DNA from: an uncultured delta proteobacterium
GTDB lineage: Bacteria; Myxococcota; Myxococcia; Myxococcales; Myxococcaceae
Length of the DNA: 64,000 nt
NCBI GenBank assembly: GCA_963796055.1
Contig: CAWCKH010000003.1
Coordinates: 32,001-96,000 of the forward strand
Direction: 5' to 3'
Under the pieces are notes generated by a model that had not been told where the DNA came from, ran no database searches, and worked only from the letters and a program-made list of their open reading frames with translations. Shown here one piece after another: positions 48,137 to 57,362 of this stretch (position 1 is the stretch's first letter; each line of letters opens with the position of its first letter). Made by a program: the position numbers and the translations under genes.

Positions 48137-50551
48137 ATGGTCGACAGCAGCGACTTGGCGCTGGTGCTCTCGGAGGCGGATGACATCGCCCAGAGCGTCT
48201 CTCAGAAGCCCACCACGGCGCACGCGGTCCTGGCGCTGTTCACCGTGGACAACCCCGGGCAGCGACTCCTCAAGGAACGGGGAGTGGACGAGGACCGGCT
48301 CCTGGCGCTGGTGAAGGCGGCGCCCACCGAGCCCGACGGCACGCTCCGGGAGCTGCGCGACCGGGCACGGGAGATCGCCCGGGCCTGCGGCTCGCGAGAG
48401 GCGGACTGTCTGCACCTCCTCATCGCCGTCACACGTCTGCGATGCGCCGGTCACGAGCTGCTGGCCGGCACCGGGCTCGACCTCACCGCGGTGCGCAACA
48501 CTGCCCTCTCCTACTTCCTCAGCGGCCGGATGCCCCGGAAGTTCGGCCCGCGCGACGCCCGTTCCCCCGCCCGGCCGGCGCCTGCCCCTCCCCGCGCTGC
48601 GACCACGGTCGCCCTTCTGCCCGAGGGGTCACCCCGGGGGCTGGTGGACTCGGACGGCGAGGCGCTGGCCGCGTTCCCCTTCCCCGCGCCGGCTCCGGCG
48701 CCCGCGACCGCATCGCTTGCTGCGCCGGTCCTCCGGGTCGTCGCTCCCACCGACGGGCTCCCCTGGGAGCTCGACCCCGCCACCTTTCCATTGCTCGCCC
48801 AGCTCGGGCGCAACCTCACCGCGCTGGCCCGCGAGAGGCAGCTGGACCCGGTGGTGGGCCGCGCCCGGGAGATGGAGGAGGTCCTCGACGTCCTGGGCAA
48901 GCGCCGGACCAACAACCCCTGCCTGGTCGGCGAGCCCGGAGTGGGCAAGACGGCGGTGGTCGAGGGCGTGGCGCAGCGGCTGCTCTCGGCGCCGGGCGAT
49001 CTGGGCAAGAAGGTGGTGGTCGAGCTGTCCACCGCGGACCTCCTCGCCGGCACCTCCCTCCGGGGTTCACTGTCGGAGCGGCTCAACGGCCTGAAGGAGG
49101 AGATGCGCCGTGCCTCGGGCCGGGTGGTGGTGTTCCTGGACGAGATCCACACCCTGGTCGGCGCCGGGTCGACCGGCGAGGGGGCGCAGGACGCGGCCAA
49201 CGAGCTGAAGGGGGCGCTGGCCCGCGGCGAGTTCCCCTGCATCGGGGCGACGACCCACGACGAGTTCCGGCGCTTCATCCAGGCGGATCCGGCCCTGGAG
49301 CGCCGCTTCACCGCAGTGGTGGTGCGCGAGCCCACGGTGCCCGAGACCGTGGAGATCCTCTCCGGGCTCCTCGGCCGCTACGAGGAGCACCACCGGGTAC
49401 GCTACGCCCGCGCCGCGGTCGAGGCTGCGGCGTCGCTGGCCGCGCGGTACGTGACCGACCGGCACAACCCGGACAAGGCGGTGTCCCTGCTCGACCTCGC
49501 CGGGTCGCGGGTGGCGCGCGCCGGGCGGGACCGGGTGGAGGCCAGGGACGTGGCCGAGGTGGTGGCGCGCATCGCCGGGCTTCCAGTGGAGCGGCTCCTC
49601 ACCGGGGATGCGGCCCGGCTGCTCCGGCTCGAGGAGGAGCTGGGGACCCGCGTCGTCGGCCACGCCGCGGTGGTCGAACGGGTGGCGAAGGTGCTGCGGC
49701 GCAACTACGCGGGCTTCGCCAGCCGCCGCCCGCTGGGGAGCTTCCTCTTCCTCGGGCCCACCGGGGTGGGAAAGACCGAGCTGGCCCGTGCGCTGGCGGA
49801 CGTGCTGTTCGGCACCCGCGAGGCGCTGATCCGGCTGGACATGAGCGAGCTGTCCGAGTCGCACGCGACGTCCCGGCTCATCGGCGCGCCGGCGGGCTAC
49901 GTCGGGTACCAGGACGGTGGTCAGCTCACCGAGGCGGTGCGGCGACGGCCGAGCGCGGTGGTGCTGCTGGACGAGGTGGAGAAGGCCCACCGCGACGTGC
50001 TCATGCTGCTGCTCCAGCTGCTCGAGGAGGGCCGGCTCACCGACGGGAAGGGCCGACAGGTGGACTTCTCGAGCACGGTGGTGGTGCTCACCTCCAATCT
50101 GGGCGCGGAGGCCTTCGGACGCACGCGGGCACGGGTGGGCTTCGGCTCCGAATCGGCGGACGAGGGCGGCGCCTCCTCGGCGCTGACCGAGGCGCGGCGG
50201 GCGCTTCCCCCCGAGCTGTGGAACCGCATCGACGAGCGGCTGGTGTTCGGCGCGCTCGGGCGCGAGGAGCTGCGGAAGATCGCCCGCATGCTGCTGGAGG
50301 AGAGCAGCCGCCGTCTGGCCGAGGAGCGGGGCATCGCCTTCGCCGCGGGGGACGACGTGGTGGACGCGCTGGTCGACTCGGAGGACATGGATCCGCTCCT
50401 CGGCGCCAGGCCAGTGCGGCAGATCGTCCAGCGCTCCATCGAGGCGCCGCTCGCCGAGCACATCCTCGCCGGGAAGGTGGCCGCCGGGAGCCGGGTCCGG
50501 GTCCGGGTGGTGGGCGGACGCATCCGCTTCGGCGGCGACACCCTGGGCTGA
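48137..50551 (+). CDS. ClpA/ClpC-type AAA+ ATPase
   Basis: Clp N-domain; LDPVVGR, GEPGVGKT, FLDEIH, DPALERRF; second NBD GPTGVGKTE, RLIGAPAGYVGY, LLDEVEKAH; VGF loop. Confidence 0.93.
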   Translation: MVDSSDLALVLSEADDIAQSVSQKPTTAHAVLALFTVDNPGQRLLKERGVDEDRLLALVKAAPTEPDGTLRELRDRAREIARACGSREADCLHLLIAVTRLRCAGHELLAGTGLDLTAVRNTALSYFLSGRMPRKFGPRDARSPARPAPAPPRAATTVALLPEGSPRGLVDSDGEALAAFPFPAPAPAPATASLAAPVLRVVAPTDGLPWELDPATFPLLAQLGRNLTALARERQLDPVVGRAREMEEVLDVLGKRRTNNPCLVGEPGVGKTAVVEGVAQRLLSAPGDLGKKVVVELSTADLLAGTSLRGSLSERLNGLKEEMRRASGRVVVFLDEIHTLVGAGSTGEGAQDAANELKGALARGEFPCIGATTHDEFRRFIQADPALERRFTAVVVREPTVPETVEILSGLLGRYEEHHRVRYARAAVEAAASLAARYVTDRHNPDKAVSLLDLAGSRVARAGRDRVEARDVAEVVARIAGLPVERLLTGDAARLLRLEEELGTRVVGHAAVVERVAKVLRRNYAGFASRRPLGSFLFLGPTGVGKTELARALADVLFGTREALIRLDMSELSESHATSRLIGAPAGYVGYQDGGQLTEAVRRRPSAVVLLDEVEKAHRDVLMLLLQLLEEGRLTDGKGRQVDFSSTVVVLTSNLGAEAFGRTRARVGFGSESADEGGASSALTEARRALPPELWNRIDERLVFGALGREELRKIARMLLEESSRRLAEERGIAFAAGDDVVDALVDSEDMDPLLGARPVRQIVQRSIEAPLAEHILAGKVAAGSRVRVRVVGGRIRFGGDTLG

Positions 50552-50554
50552 GTC

Positions 50555-51442
50555 GTGGCGGCGACGGGCGCCCGGCGGCCGCGCGTGCTGGTGGTCGGCG
50601 TGGGCCGGCTGGGGAGCGCCGTCGCGGTCCAGCTGAGACAGGCGGGCTGGCCGGTGACGGTCCGCACGCAGTCGCCGGCGGGACGACGACAGGCGAAGCG
50701 GCTGGCGCTGACCGAGGCCGATGCGGGGGCGATGTCCCGGGCCGAGCTGTGCCTCCTCACCGTCCCCGACGCGGCGGTCGCCCCGGTGGCGCGCGCGGTT
50801 GCCCCGCAGCTCGGCCGGTCGACGGCTCTGGTCCACTGCGCGGGCGCGCTCACCCTGGAGGTCCTCCAGCCCGCTGCGGCCGGGCGACCCACCGGCTCGT
50901 TCCACCCGCTGGTCTCGGTGACCGGGCCTCAGACGCGGCTGGAGGGACACTCCGTCGCCATCGCCACCCGTTCCCGGGTGCTCGCCCCGGTTCTCGGCCG
51001 GCTCGCCGAGGGGCTCGGGCTCCGAGCGCTTCGGGTGCCCGAGGACGGCCGGGCGGCCTACCACGCCGGCGCGGCCCTCGCTGCCAGCGGACTGGTGTCG
51101 CTGCTCGACGCGGCGGTGGCGGCCTGGCACGCGGCAGGGGTGCCCGAGCGCGAGGCGATGGTCGCGCTCGTGGCGCTGATGCGATCGGCACTGGACGGCG
51201 CGGAGGCGCGCGGGACGGTGGCGGCGCTGACCGGCCCGGTCGTCCGGGGAGACGCCGAGGTGGTGCAGGCCCACGTGCGGGCGCTTCCGCCGGACGTTCT
51301 TCCAATCTACCTCGCGCTCCAGCAGCGGGTGCTGGCCCACGCGGCGGCGCGGCTCCCCCACCCCACGGTTGCCCGGGTGAGCGCGGTGCTGGGACCAGAG
51401 CCGGCGCGCCCCGGCCGCCGGCGCGGACGTCAGCGCCACTGA
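50555..51442 (+). CDS. Rossmann-like + DUF2520 protein (PanG-like oxidoreductase)
   Basis: VGVGRLG, LTVPD, VHCAG, SFHPL, AYHAGA, LTGPVVRGD..H. Confidence 0.85.
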   Translation: MAATGARRPRVLVVGVGRLGSAVAVQLRQAGWPVTVRTQSPAGRRQAKRLALTEADAGAMSRAELCLLTVPDAAVAPVARAVAPQLGRSTALVHCAGALTLEVLQPAAAGRPTGSFHPLVSVTGPQTRLEGHSVAIATRSRVLAPVLGRLAEGLGLRALRVPEDGRAAYHAGAALAASGLVSLLDAAVAAWHAAGVPEREAMVALVALMRSALDGAEARGTVAALTGPVVRGDAEVVQAHVRALPPDVLPIYLALQQRVLAHAAARLPHPTVARVSAVLGPEPARPGRRRGRQRH

Positions 51443-51446
51443 CCGG

Positions 51447-51692
51447 TCAGCCGACGAGCTCGGGCTTCTGCTCGAGGGCGGCTTCCGGCACCACCGAGCC
51501 GTGGACGCGGAGCGCGCTCCGGATGACCTCGTTGACCGCCGCCTCGAACGCCGGCACGCCGTCGCGGCTGAAGCCGGTGACGCTGAGGTCGACCCGCGAC
51601 CGCTCCGGGCCGATCTCTGCCCCGCTCACCAGCCCACCGAAGCGCTGGTGCGCCAGGGCGTTCACCTCGAGGTAGAGCCGCTCCGTGGCCAT
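51447..51692 (-). CDS. Small hypothetical protein
   Basis: 81-aa ATG ORF with GC3-biased codons and GGAG upstream; fills the gap between neighbours. Confidence 0.55.
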   Translation of the reverse strand: MATERLYLEVNALAHQRFGGLVSGAEIGPERSRVDLSVTGFSRDGVPAFEAAVNEVIRSALRVHGSVVPEAALEQKPELVG

Positions 51693-51770
51693 ACCGGTCT
51701 CCGGCCGGCCGCATCCTGACGACCGGGCCCGGCCGTCTTAGCGCGGCAAGCACGTCCGGCCGCCGTTACT

Positions 51771-51786
51771 CTGAACGCCCGTTCCC
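51771..51786 (+). promoter_or_regulatory. Candidate LexA (SOS) box upstream of the alkB-like gene
   Basis: CTGAACGCCCGTTCCC matches the first 14 positions of the M. xanthus consensus CTRHAMRYBYGTTCAGS; overlaps a -10-like TACTCT at 51767-51772. Confidence 0.6.
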
Positions 51787-51807
51787 CTCCCCTCACCCCG
51801 TCATCCC

Positions 51808-52452
51808 GTGCAGTCCAGCCTCTTCGATCTCTCTCCCCTCGACTTCGACCACTCCATCTCACGCCTGGAGCGCGTGCACCTCGACGAGACCGCCTGGGTG
51901 GACCTCCAGCCGGGCTGGGTGAGCGGCTCGGATGCGCTCTTCCGCCTGCTGGTGGAGAGGCTGCCCTGGGCGCAGCGGACGCGGTTTCTCTACGACCAGG
52001 ACCGCATCGAGCCGCGGCTGACGGCTGGCTGGCACGCGGATGGAGGCACGCCCCTCGAGCCGGCGATCCTGGAGGAGATGCGCGCTGCGCTCTCCGAGCG
52101 TTACCGCGTCCGGCTCGACTCGGCCGGGTTCAATCTCTACCGCGATGGTCGGGACAGCGTGGCCTGGCACCGCGACACCATCGCCAAGCAGATCAAGGAC
52201 CCGGTCGTGGCGCTGGTCTCGCTCGGGGAGCCACGAAAGCTCCTCCTCCGCCCGCGCGGCGGCGGACGCTCACGTCCGTTCATGCTCGGGCACGGAGACC
52301 TCCTGGTCACCGGCGGCGATGCCCAGCGCACCTGGGAGCACGCCGTGCCGAAGGTCGCGCGCGCCGGCCCGCGGATCAGCATCGCCTTCCGCCACGGGAT
52401 GGACGCCCGGGTGTACGGCCGAGAGGCGCCTCGCCTCACGGCGCGAGGATGA
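51808..52452 (+). CDS. AlkB-family 2OG-Fe(II) dioxygenase
   Basis: EPRL, NLYRDGRDSVAWHRD (HxD), VSLG, WEHAVPK, RISIAFR. Confidence 0.92.
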   Translation: MQSSLFDLSPLDFDHSISRLERVHLDETAWVDLQPGWVSGSDALFRLLVERLPWAQRTRFLYDQDRIEPRLTAGWHADGGTPLEPAILEEMRAALSERYRVRLDSAGFNLYRDGRDSVAWHRDTIAKQIKDPVVALVSLGEPRKLLLRPRGGGRSRPFMLGHGDLLVTGGDAQRTWEHAVPKVARAGPRISIAFRHGMDARVYGREAPRLTARG

Positions 52453-53734
52453 TCCGCGGCCCCTGCATCGCCTCGCGCACCGCCACCAGCGCCGGATCCG
52501 ACAGCGCCTCGGTCTCGGTCAGCCGCCGCAGCACCAGCTCCGAATCCGCCGACGCCCCGTCGAGCAGTCCCTTGAGATCCGCCGCGAGCGCGAGCGCCGC
52601 GTCCTCCATCTGCTTTCCCGGCGGTGTGGCGGCGATCGGCTTCCCCGCCTTCTCGGAGAGGTACTTGGCGAACCCGTCCAGCGAGGCCCGGGTCGCCCGG
52701 GGGTCGTACGCCGCCAGCTTCGGCTGGAGCGACCCCTTGGGGACGGTGAGCAGCCGCGGCACGCCGGCCTGCGCCAGTCCGGGGTGCGGGACGCCGATCT
52801 CCTGCATCGGGAACACGCCCAGCAGCCCGTCCTCGGGGGCTGGCGAGCTGTAGGGAACGACATCCAGGAACAGCGCCAGTGGATCCACTCCCTGCTTCGC
52901 CGCCTCGATGTCCTGGGCGTCGAGCGGCGGATACGTCGTCGGCGCGCCGGTGAAGATCAGCGGCAGCACCGCCTGCTCCCAGAACTCGTCCGGCGCCGAG
53001 CCGGTCTGCTTCGTCGCCCCACCCACGGTCAGCATCAGCTCGGCGAGCCGCGGCGATTGGGCCACCTGGTCCCCGAAGCTTCGCGCCGGGTCGAGGCGCG
53101 CCAGCGCTCCGGCGATCTGCCGCTCGAACTGCGCCCTCGCCTCCGGCGACATCCGCTGGGCGGGGAGCCGGCCGAGCGCAGCCCGGAGGTCCGAGGAGAG
53201 CACCGAGGGCTTCGCCTCGAACAGCTCCTTCTTCCGCCGCGGGTCCACCAGCATGAACTGGAGGAAGCCCGGGTCGAACAGCCGGGCGTAATCCTCCGGC
53301 CCGAGCCGGACCGGTGCACCCGGCGACGGAGCGAATCGGGCCTGTGCCAGTGCGCGACGGAGATCGGCAGCGACCTCGTCGAGCCGCTCGAGCTTCCCCC
53401 GGCTCAGCGCCTCCAGCACCGCCTGGAAGGGCGACAGCATCAGCACCGCATCGGGGAACCCGAGCATCCCGCCCTCGGGCGCCTCGCGGTGCGGGAACCA
53501 GAAGGCCTGGTCGCTGGCGATGAGCCGGTCGGCGAACGCTCCCGCCAAGCCCAGCGCCACCAGCTGGTGCTCCGGCTGCTCGGGCCGGAACGGACCCATC
53601 AGCAGCCTGATGACACCTTTCTCGATATCGGCCCACGGCGCCGTCTTGAGGTCCACCGGCGCGCCGGTGGCCCGCGCCAGTGAGTTCGCGAGCTGCTGGG
53701 TCGCGGCGTCGAGGTGTCCGGCAGAGGAAGCCAT
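52436..53734 (-). CDS. Hypothetical protein
   Basis: 432-aa ORF from ATG 53734 with typical codon bias; no recognised motif; 3' end overlaps the alkB-like 3' end by 17 nt. Confidence 0.75.
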   Translation of the reverse strand: MASSAGHLDAATQQLANSLARATGAPVDLKTAPWADIEKGVIRLLMGPFRPEQPEHQLVALGLAGAFADRLIASDQAFWFPHREAPEGGMLGFPDAVLMLSPFQAVLEALSRGKLERLDEVAADLRRALAQARFAPSPGAPVRLGPEDYARLFDPGFLQFMLVDPRRKKELFEAKPSVLSSDLRAALGRLPAQRMSPEARAQFERQIAGALARLDPARSFGDQVAQSPRLAELMLTVGGATKQTGSAPDEFWEQAVLPLIFTGAPTTYPPLDAQDIEAAKQGVDPLALFLDVVPYSSPAPEDGLLGVFPMQEIGVPHPGLAQAGVPRLLTVPKGSLQPKLAAYDPRATRASLDGFAKYLSEKAGKPIAATPPGKQMEDAALALAADLKGLLDGASADSELVLRRLTETEALSDPALVAVREAMQGPRIILAP

Positions 53735-53800
53735 GGGTGGGCCCCTTAGCGTAGAACCGGGGGCTCTGTGGAGAAGCCCGGCGGCGGGAGGGGATTCCGA

Positions 53801-56755
53801 GTGGACGGTCGGGCTTTCCCGGTCGTCCTGGCCGTCCTTCTGGCCTCGTCCGGGTGCGCGACGCTCACCCCGCGCTTCGACCAGGCGGTCACCACCTCGT
53901 TCGCCCGCCAGCCGATGCGCAAGCTGGAGACCGCGCGGGTCGAGCTCTACTACCCCGAGTCGAAGCGGGACGAGGCCTTCCGGGTCATCCAGCGGCTGGA
54001 CCGCTGCGTGGAGCAGCTCCGGGCCAACCGCTTCTCGGGGACCGAGCGCCCCAAGGTCCTCGCCTACCTGAGCACCGCGAACTTCGACAACGCCTACGTC
54101 CAGCCCCAGCTGGGCGGGCTCCCGATCCAGATGGTGCTGGCCCACCACTTCACCACCGAGTTCTTCAACCTGCTGGAGATCGGCAGCAACCACGTGGACG
54201 ACGTCTCGTGCCACGAGGCGACGCACTACGTGCAGTTCCAGGAGGTCGACGAGCTCTGGTACTACCTGAATCTCGCGTTCGGCGACCTGCTCGACCCCAA
54301 CATCTTCACCGAGTCGTACTTCCTCGAGGGGATCGCCACCTACTACGAGGGGCGGCTCGAGCGCGCCACCGGCCGTCCACACAGCCCCATCTGGCGCGGG
54401 CTGTTCGAGTCCGGGGTGGCGTTGCGCAAGGGGGAGATTCACTCCGGCGACCTCTCACCCGGTCAACGGGAGCTGTTGCCCTTCGGCGGCAACTACCTGG
54501 TCGGGATGCATTTCATCGAGTGGCTCGCCCGGCGCTACGGCGCCGACAAGCTCTGGGCGCTCATCGACGTGCAGGGGAGGAGCTGGATCCCGGTACTCGG
54601 CGTCTCCTTCCGCTTCATGTGGGTCTACGGCAAGGGCCCGGGCGAGCTGGTGGACGAGTGGCGTGAGTCGCTCCGTCACTCGGGACCCTGGCGCGAGCGG
54701 CCCTTCTCCCAGAAGGTGCTCGACCCAGACCTGGGCTACTTCGCCCGGCTGGCCTCGGCGCCGGACGGGACCCTGGCCACCATCACTGCAGGACGGGACT
54801 CGCCTTCCGAGCTGCGGGTCTACGCTCCGGATGGCGCGCTCCGGTTCCGCCGGACCCTGGCCAACTTCTGGCCGGGGCGGCCGTACATCGCCACCAGCCC
54901 GCTGTCGGTGAGCGGACTGTCGTTCGACGGGAGCGCCGCGCACCTCTACCTCGTCCTCGCCGATCTGGGCATCGACGGGGACACCGCGCCCAAGCTCCTC
55001 GAGCTCGACGCCCGCGACGGCCGGCTGCTACGGACCTGGGAGACGCCGGACGCGCTCGGCGGCGGGGTGGACCCGTCCGGATCACGGTACGTCTTCATTC
55101 GCAGCCAGGCCGACACCGCGGACCTCTGGGAGCTCGACCTCGCGACCGGCGAGCAGCGCCCACTGACCCACAACCAGGGCCGCCTGACCCTCGGCGCCGC
55201 GGCCCCCGCCGCCGACGGACGCATCGTCTTCGCCCGGAAGATCGGCGACGACTTCGACCTCTGGCTGCGGGCGCCGGACGGAACCGAGCGACCGCTCACC
55301 CGGGACGGGAAGTTCAACTACTCCCCCCGGTGGGAAGGGCCGGACCACGTCGTGGCGCTCCACGAGGTGGACGGGCGAACCCAGGCCGTCCGCATCGCGG
55401 TGGCGACCGGGGCGATGACCGTGCTGACCGACGCCCCGTTCGTGGTGCTGGACCCGGTGCCGCTGCCGGGAGGGCGGCTGGCGTTCGTCAACCGCGAGGG
55501 CTGGGGCTGGACGCTCGACTGGATGGACGTCGGTCCGGGCCGGCCGGTGCCGCCCGCCGACGCTGTGGCCGCGCCCGGGAGCGATGCATCGCCCGAGCCG
55601 GACGTCCCGGTGCTCTCGGACGACCCGTACCACGCGCTGGACCACCTGCTCGTCCCCACCCTGCGTGGACCGTTCATCGACTTCGGCAGCCGGGAGGAGT
55701 ACGGCGGAACGAAGAGCAAGGTCTACGCAGGCGTCTCGCTCCAGGGGAGCGACCGGCTCGGGCTCCACCAGTACGCCCTGAACATCGGGTACCAGACCAG
55801 TGATCCGGGCCCCACCTTCTCGGTGGGCTACGGCAACTACCTGCTCGCGCCGGTGTACCTCCAGGCCGTCTTCTCGCGCTACGCGGAGCCGGCGCTTCGC
55901 GACGTCTCGGACAACTCCTTCATCCCCAGCACCGTGGACATGAACGGCGGTCTCTTCGCCTCGCGCTCCTTCTGGGGCACCCCGGTGACCTTGAACTTCT
56001 ACGGCATCCACCGCAAGGAGGGCTTCGAGTCCGGGACGCGCAACTCGGACCTGTTCGGGCCCGGCATCTCCACCTCCTGGTCGGCGACGGAGTCGACTCC
56101 GTACGCGGGCGTGCGCCGCGGCATCACGCTGACCGGCAGCGCCCAGTGGTTCTCCAAGGCGTTCGGCTCGGATTTCAGCTTCACCGACCTGCGGGCGACG
56201 GCGGCCTTCTACACGCCCCTGCCCTTCTGGGCGCGGCACACGCTCCAGCTCACCGTGCGTGGCCGGGCCCTCGCCGGGGCGCCGGCACGGCTCCTCCACG
56301 TCGGCGGAAGCAACCGCGGCTTCTTCGAGTGGGACTCCGAGCCCGAGAAGTCGCAGCCGGGCACCGGGCTGGCCATCTTCCCGGACATCACCTTCCGCGA
56401 GCCGCTCCGGGGTTACGAGGACGCCAATCTGAGGTGCAACGAGGTGGTCATCGCCGGGGCGCGATACCGGGCGCCGATCATCGTCGACTACGGATGGTCG
56501 TCGTTCCTGTGGATTCTCCCGTCGCTCTTCATCCGGCAGGCGGACCTCGAGGTGTTCGGCGAGTGGGCCCACACCTGGACGTCGGCGAGCACATCCGGTC
56601 CGGCGACCACCGGGGATCACCGGACGTTCGGCGGCGCGCTCTACTTCCGCACGCTGTGGGGATCGGGGCTGCCGCTGTCGTTCTACTACCAGTTCGCGGT
56701 GCGGCCAGACGACGGGCTCACACCGTTGCACATCCTCGGCATCGCGCTGGAGTGA
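53801..56755 (+). CDS. Lipoprotein with gluzincin-like peptidase domain, TolB-like propeller and Omp85-like beta-barrel
   Basis: Lipobox SSGC; HEATH followed by FLEGIATYYE; propeller motifs (DLATGEQRPLT, NYSPRW); C-terminal amphipathic strands with LRGY. Confidence 0.75.
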   Translation: MDGRAFPVVLAVLLASSGCATLTPRFDQAVTTSFARQPMRKLETARVELYYPESKRDEAFRVIQRLDRCVEQLRANRFSGTERPKVLAYLSTANFDNAYVQPQLGGLPIQMVLAHHFTTEFFNLLEIGSNHVDDVSCHEATHYVQFQEVDELWYYLNLAFGDLLDPNIFTESYFLEGIATYYEGRLERATGRPHSPIWRGLFESGVALRKGEIHSGDLSPGQRELLPFGGNYLVGMHFIEWLARRYGADKLWALIDVQGRSWIPVLGVSFRFMWVYGKGPGELVDEWRESLRHSGPWRERPFSQKVLDPDLGYFARLASAPDGTLATITAGRDSPSELRVYAPDGALRFRRTLANFWPGRPYIATSPLSVSGLSFDGSAAHLYLVLADLGIDGDTAPKLLELDARDGRLLRTWETPDALGGGVDPSGSRYVFIRSQADTADLWELDLATGEQRPLTHNQGRLTLGAAAPAADGRIVFARKIGDDFDLWLRAPDGTERPLTRDGKFNYSPRWEGPDHVVALHEVDGRTQAVRIAVATGAMTVLTDAPFVVLDPVPLPGGRLAFVNREGWGWTLDWMDVGPGRPVPPADAVAAPGSDASPEPDVPVLSDDPYHALDHLLVPTLRGPFIDFGSREEYGGTKSKVYAGVSLQGSDRLGLHQYALNIGYQTSDPGPTFSVGYGNYLLAPVYLQAVFSRYAEPALRDVSDNSFIPSTVDMNGGLFASRSFWGTPVTLNFYGIHRKEGFESGTRNSDLFGPGISTSWSATESTPYAGVRRGITLTGSAQWFSKAFGSDFSFTDLRATAAFYTPLPFWARHTLQLTVRGRALAGAPARLLHVGGSNRGFFEWDSEPEKSQPGTGLAIFPDITFREPLRGYEDANLRCNEVVIAGARYRAPIIVDYGWSSFLWILPSLFIRQADLEVFGEWAHTWTSASTSGPATTGDHRTFGGALYFRTLWGSGLPLSFYYQFAVRPDDGLTPLHILGIALE

Positions 56756-56791
56756 GCTACGGTGCCTGCGGCCGCCCTCACCCATCCCCGC

Positions 56792-57346
56792 TCATTCGGC
56801 GCTCGCGTACAGCCGGTGCCGCTCGATGTACGCCAGCACCTCCCGGTGGACCAGCCCCTCCCCGCCCCGTCCCGCGGCCAGCGCCGCGCGTACCTCGGTG
56901 CTCGACACCTTCGCCAGCGGGGGGCCGATCGCGCCCGGGGCGGGATGGCCCGCGCGGTTGAGGACGACGATGCGCGCCAGCCGCTGGATCTCCTCCACCT
57001 CCCGCCACTTGGGCAGCTCGGCGACGATGTCGCTCCCCACCACCAGGGTCCACCGCCGGTCTGGCCAGCGCCGGTGCAGCTCCCGGAGCGTGTCCACGGT
57101 GTAGCCGGGACCGCCGAGCCTGGCCTCGACGTCCGAGGCCGCCAGCCATCCCGCAGCATCGCGACACATCAGCTCGCACATCGCCATCCGGTGCTCGAAG
57201 TCGATCAGCGGTTTGCCGAAGGGATGGTGCGCCGCGGGGACGAACCACACCTGGTCCACCGGCTCGAGGGCCCGCACCACGTGCGCGGCGAGCAGGTGAC
57301 CGAGGTGGGGCGGATTGAAGGAGCCCCCGAGGAGCGCGACGTCCAT
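56792..57346 (-). CDS. nadD: Nicotinate-nucleotide adenylyltransferase
   Basis: GGSFNPPHLGH, YTVDTL, VGSD, W, VSSTEVR. Confidence 0.95.
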   Translation of the reverse strand: MDVALLGGSFNPPHLGHLLAAHVVRALEPVDQVWFVPAAHHPFGKPLIDFEHRMAMCELMCRDAAGWLAASDVEARLGGPGYTVDTLRELHRRWPDRRWTLVVGSDIVAELPKWREVEEIQRLARIVVLNRAGHPAPGAIGPPLAKVSSTEVRAALAAGRGGEGLVHREVLAYIERHRLYASAE

Positions 57347-57362
57347 GTCCGGACGCAACAGC

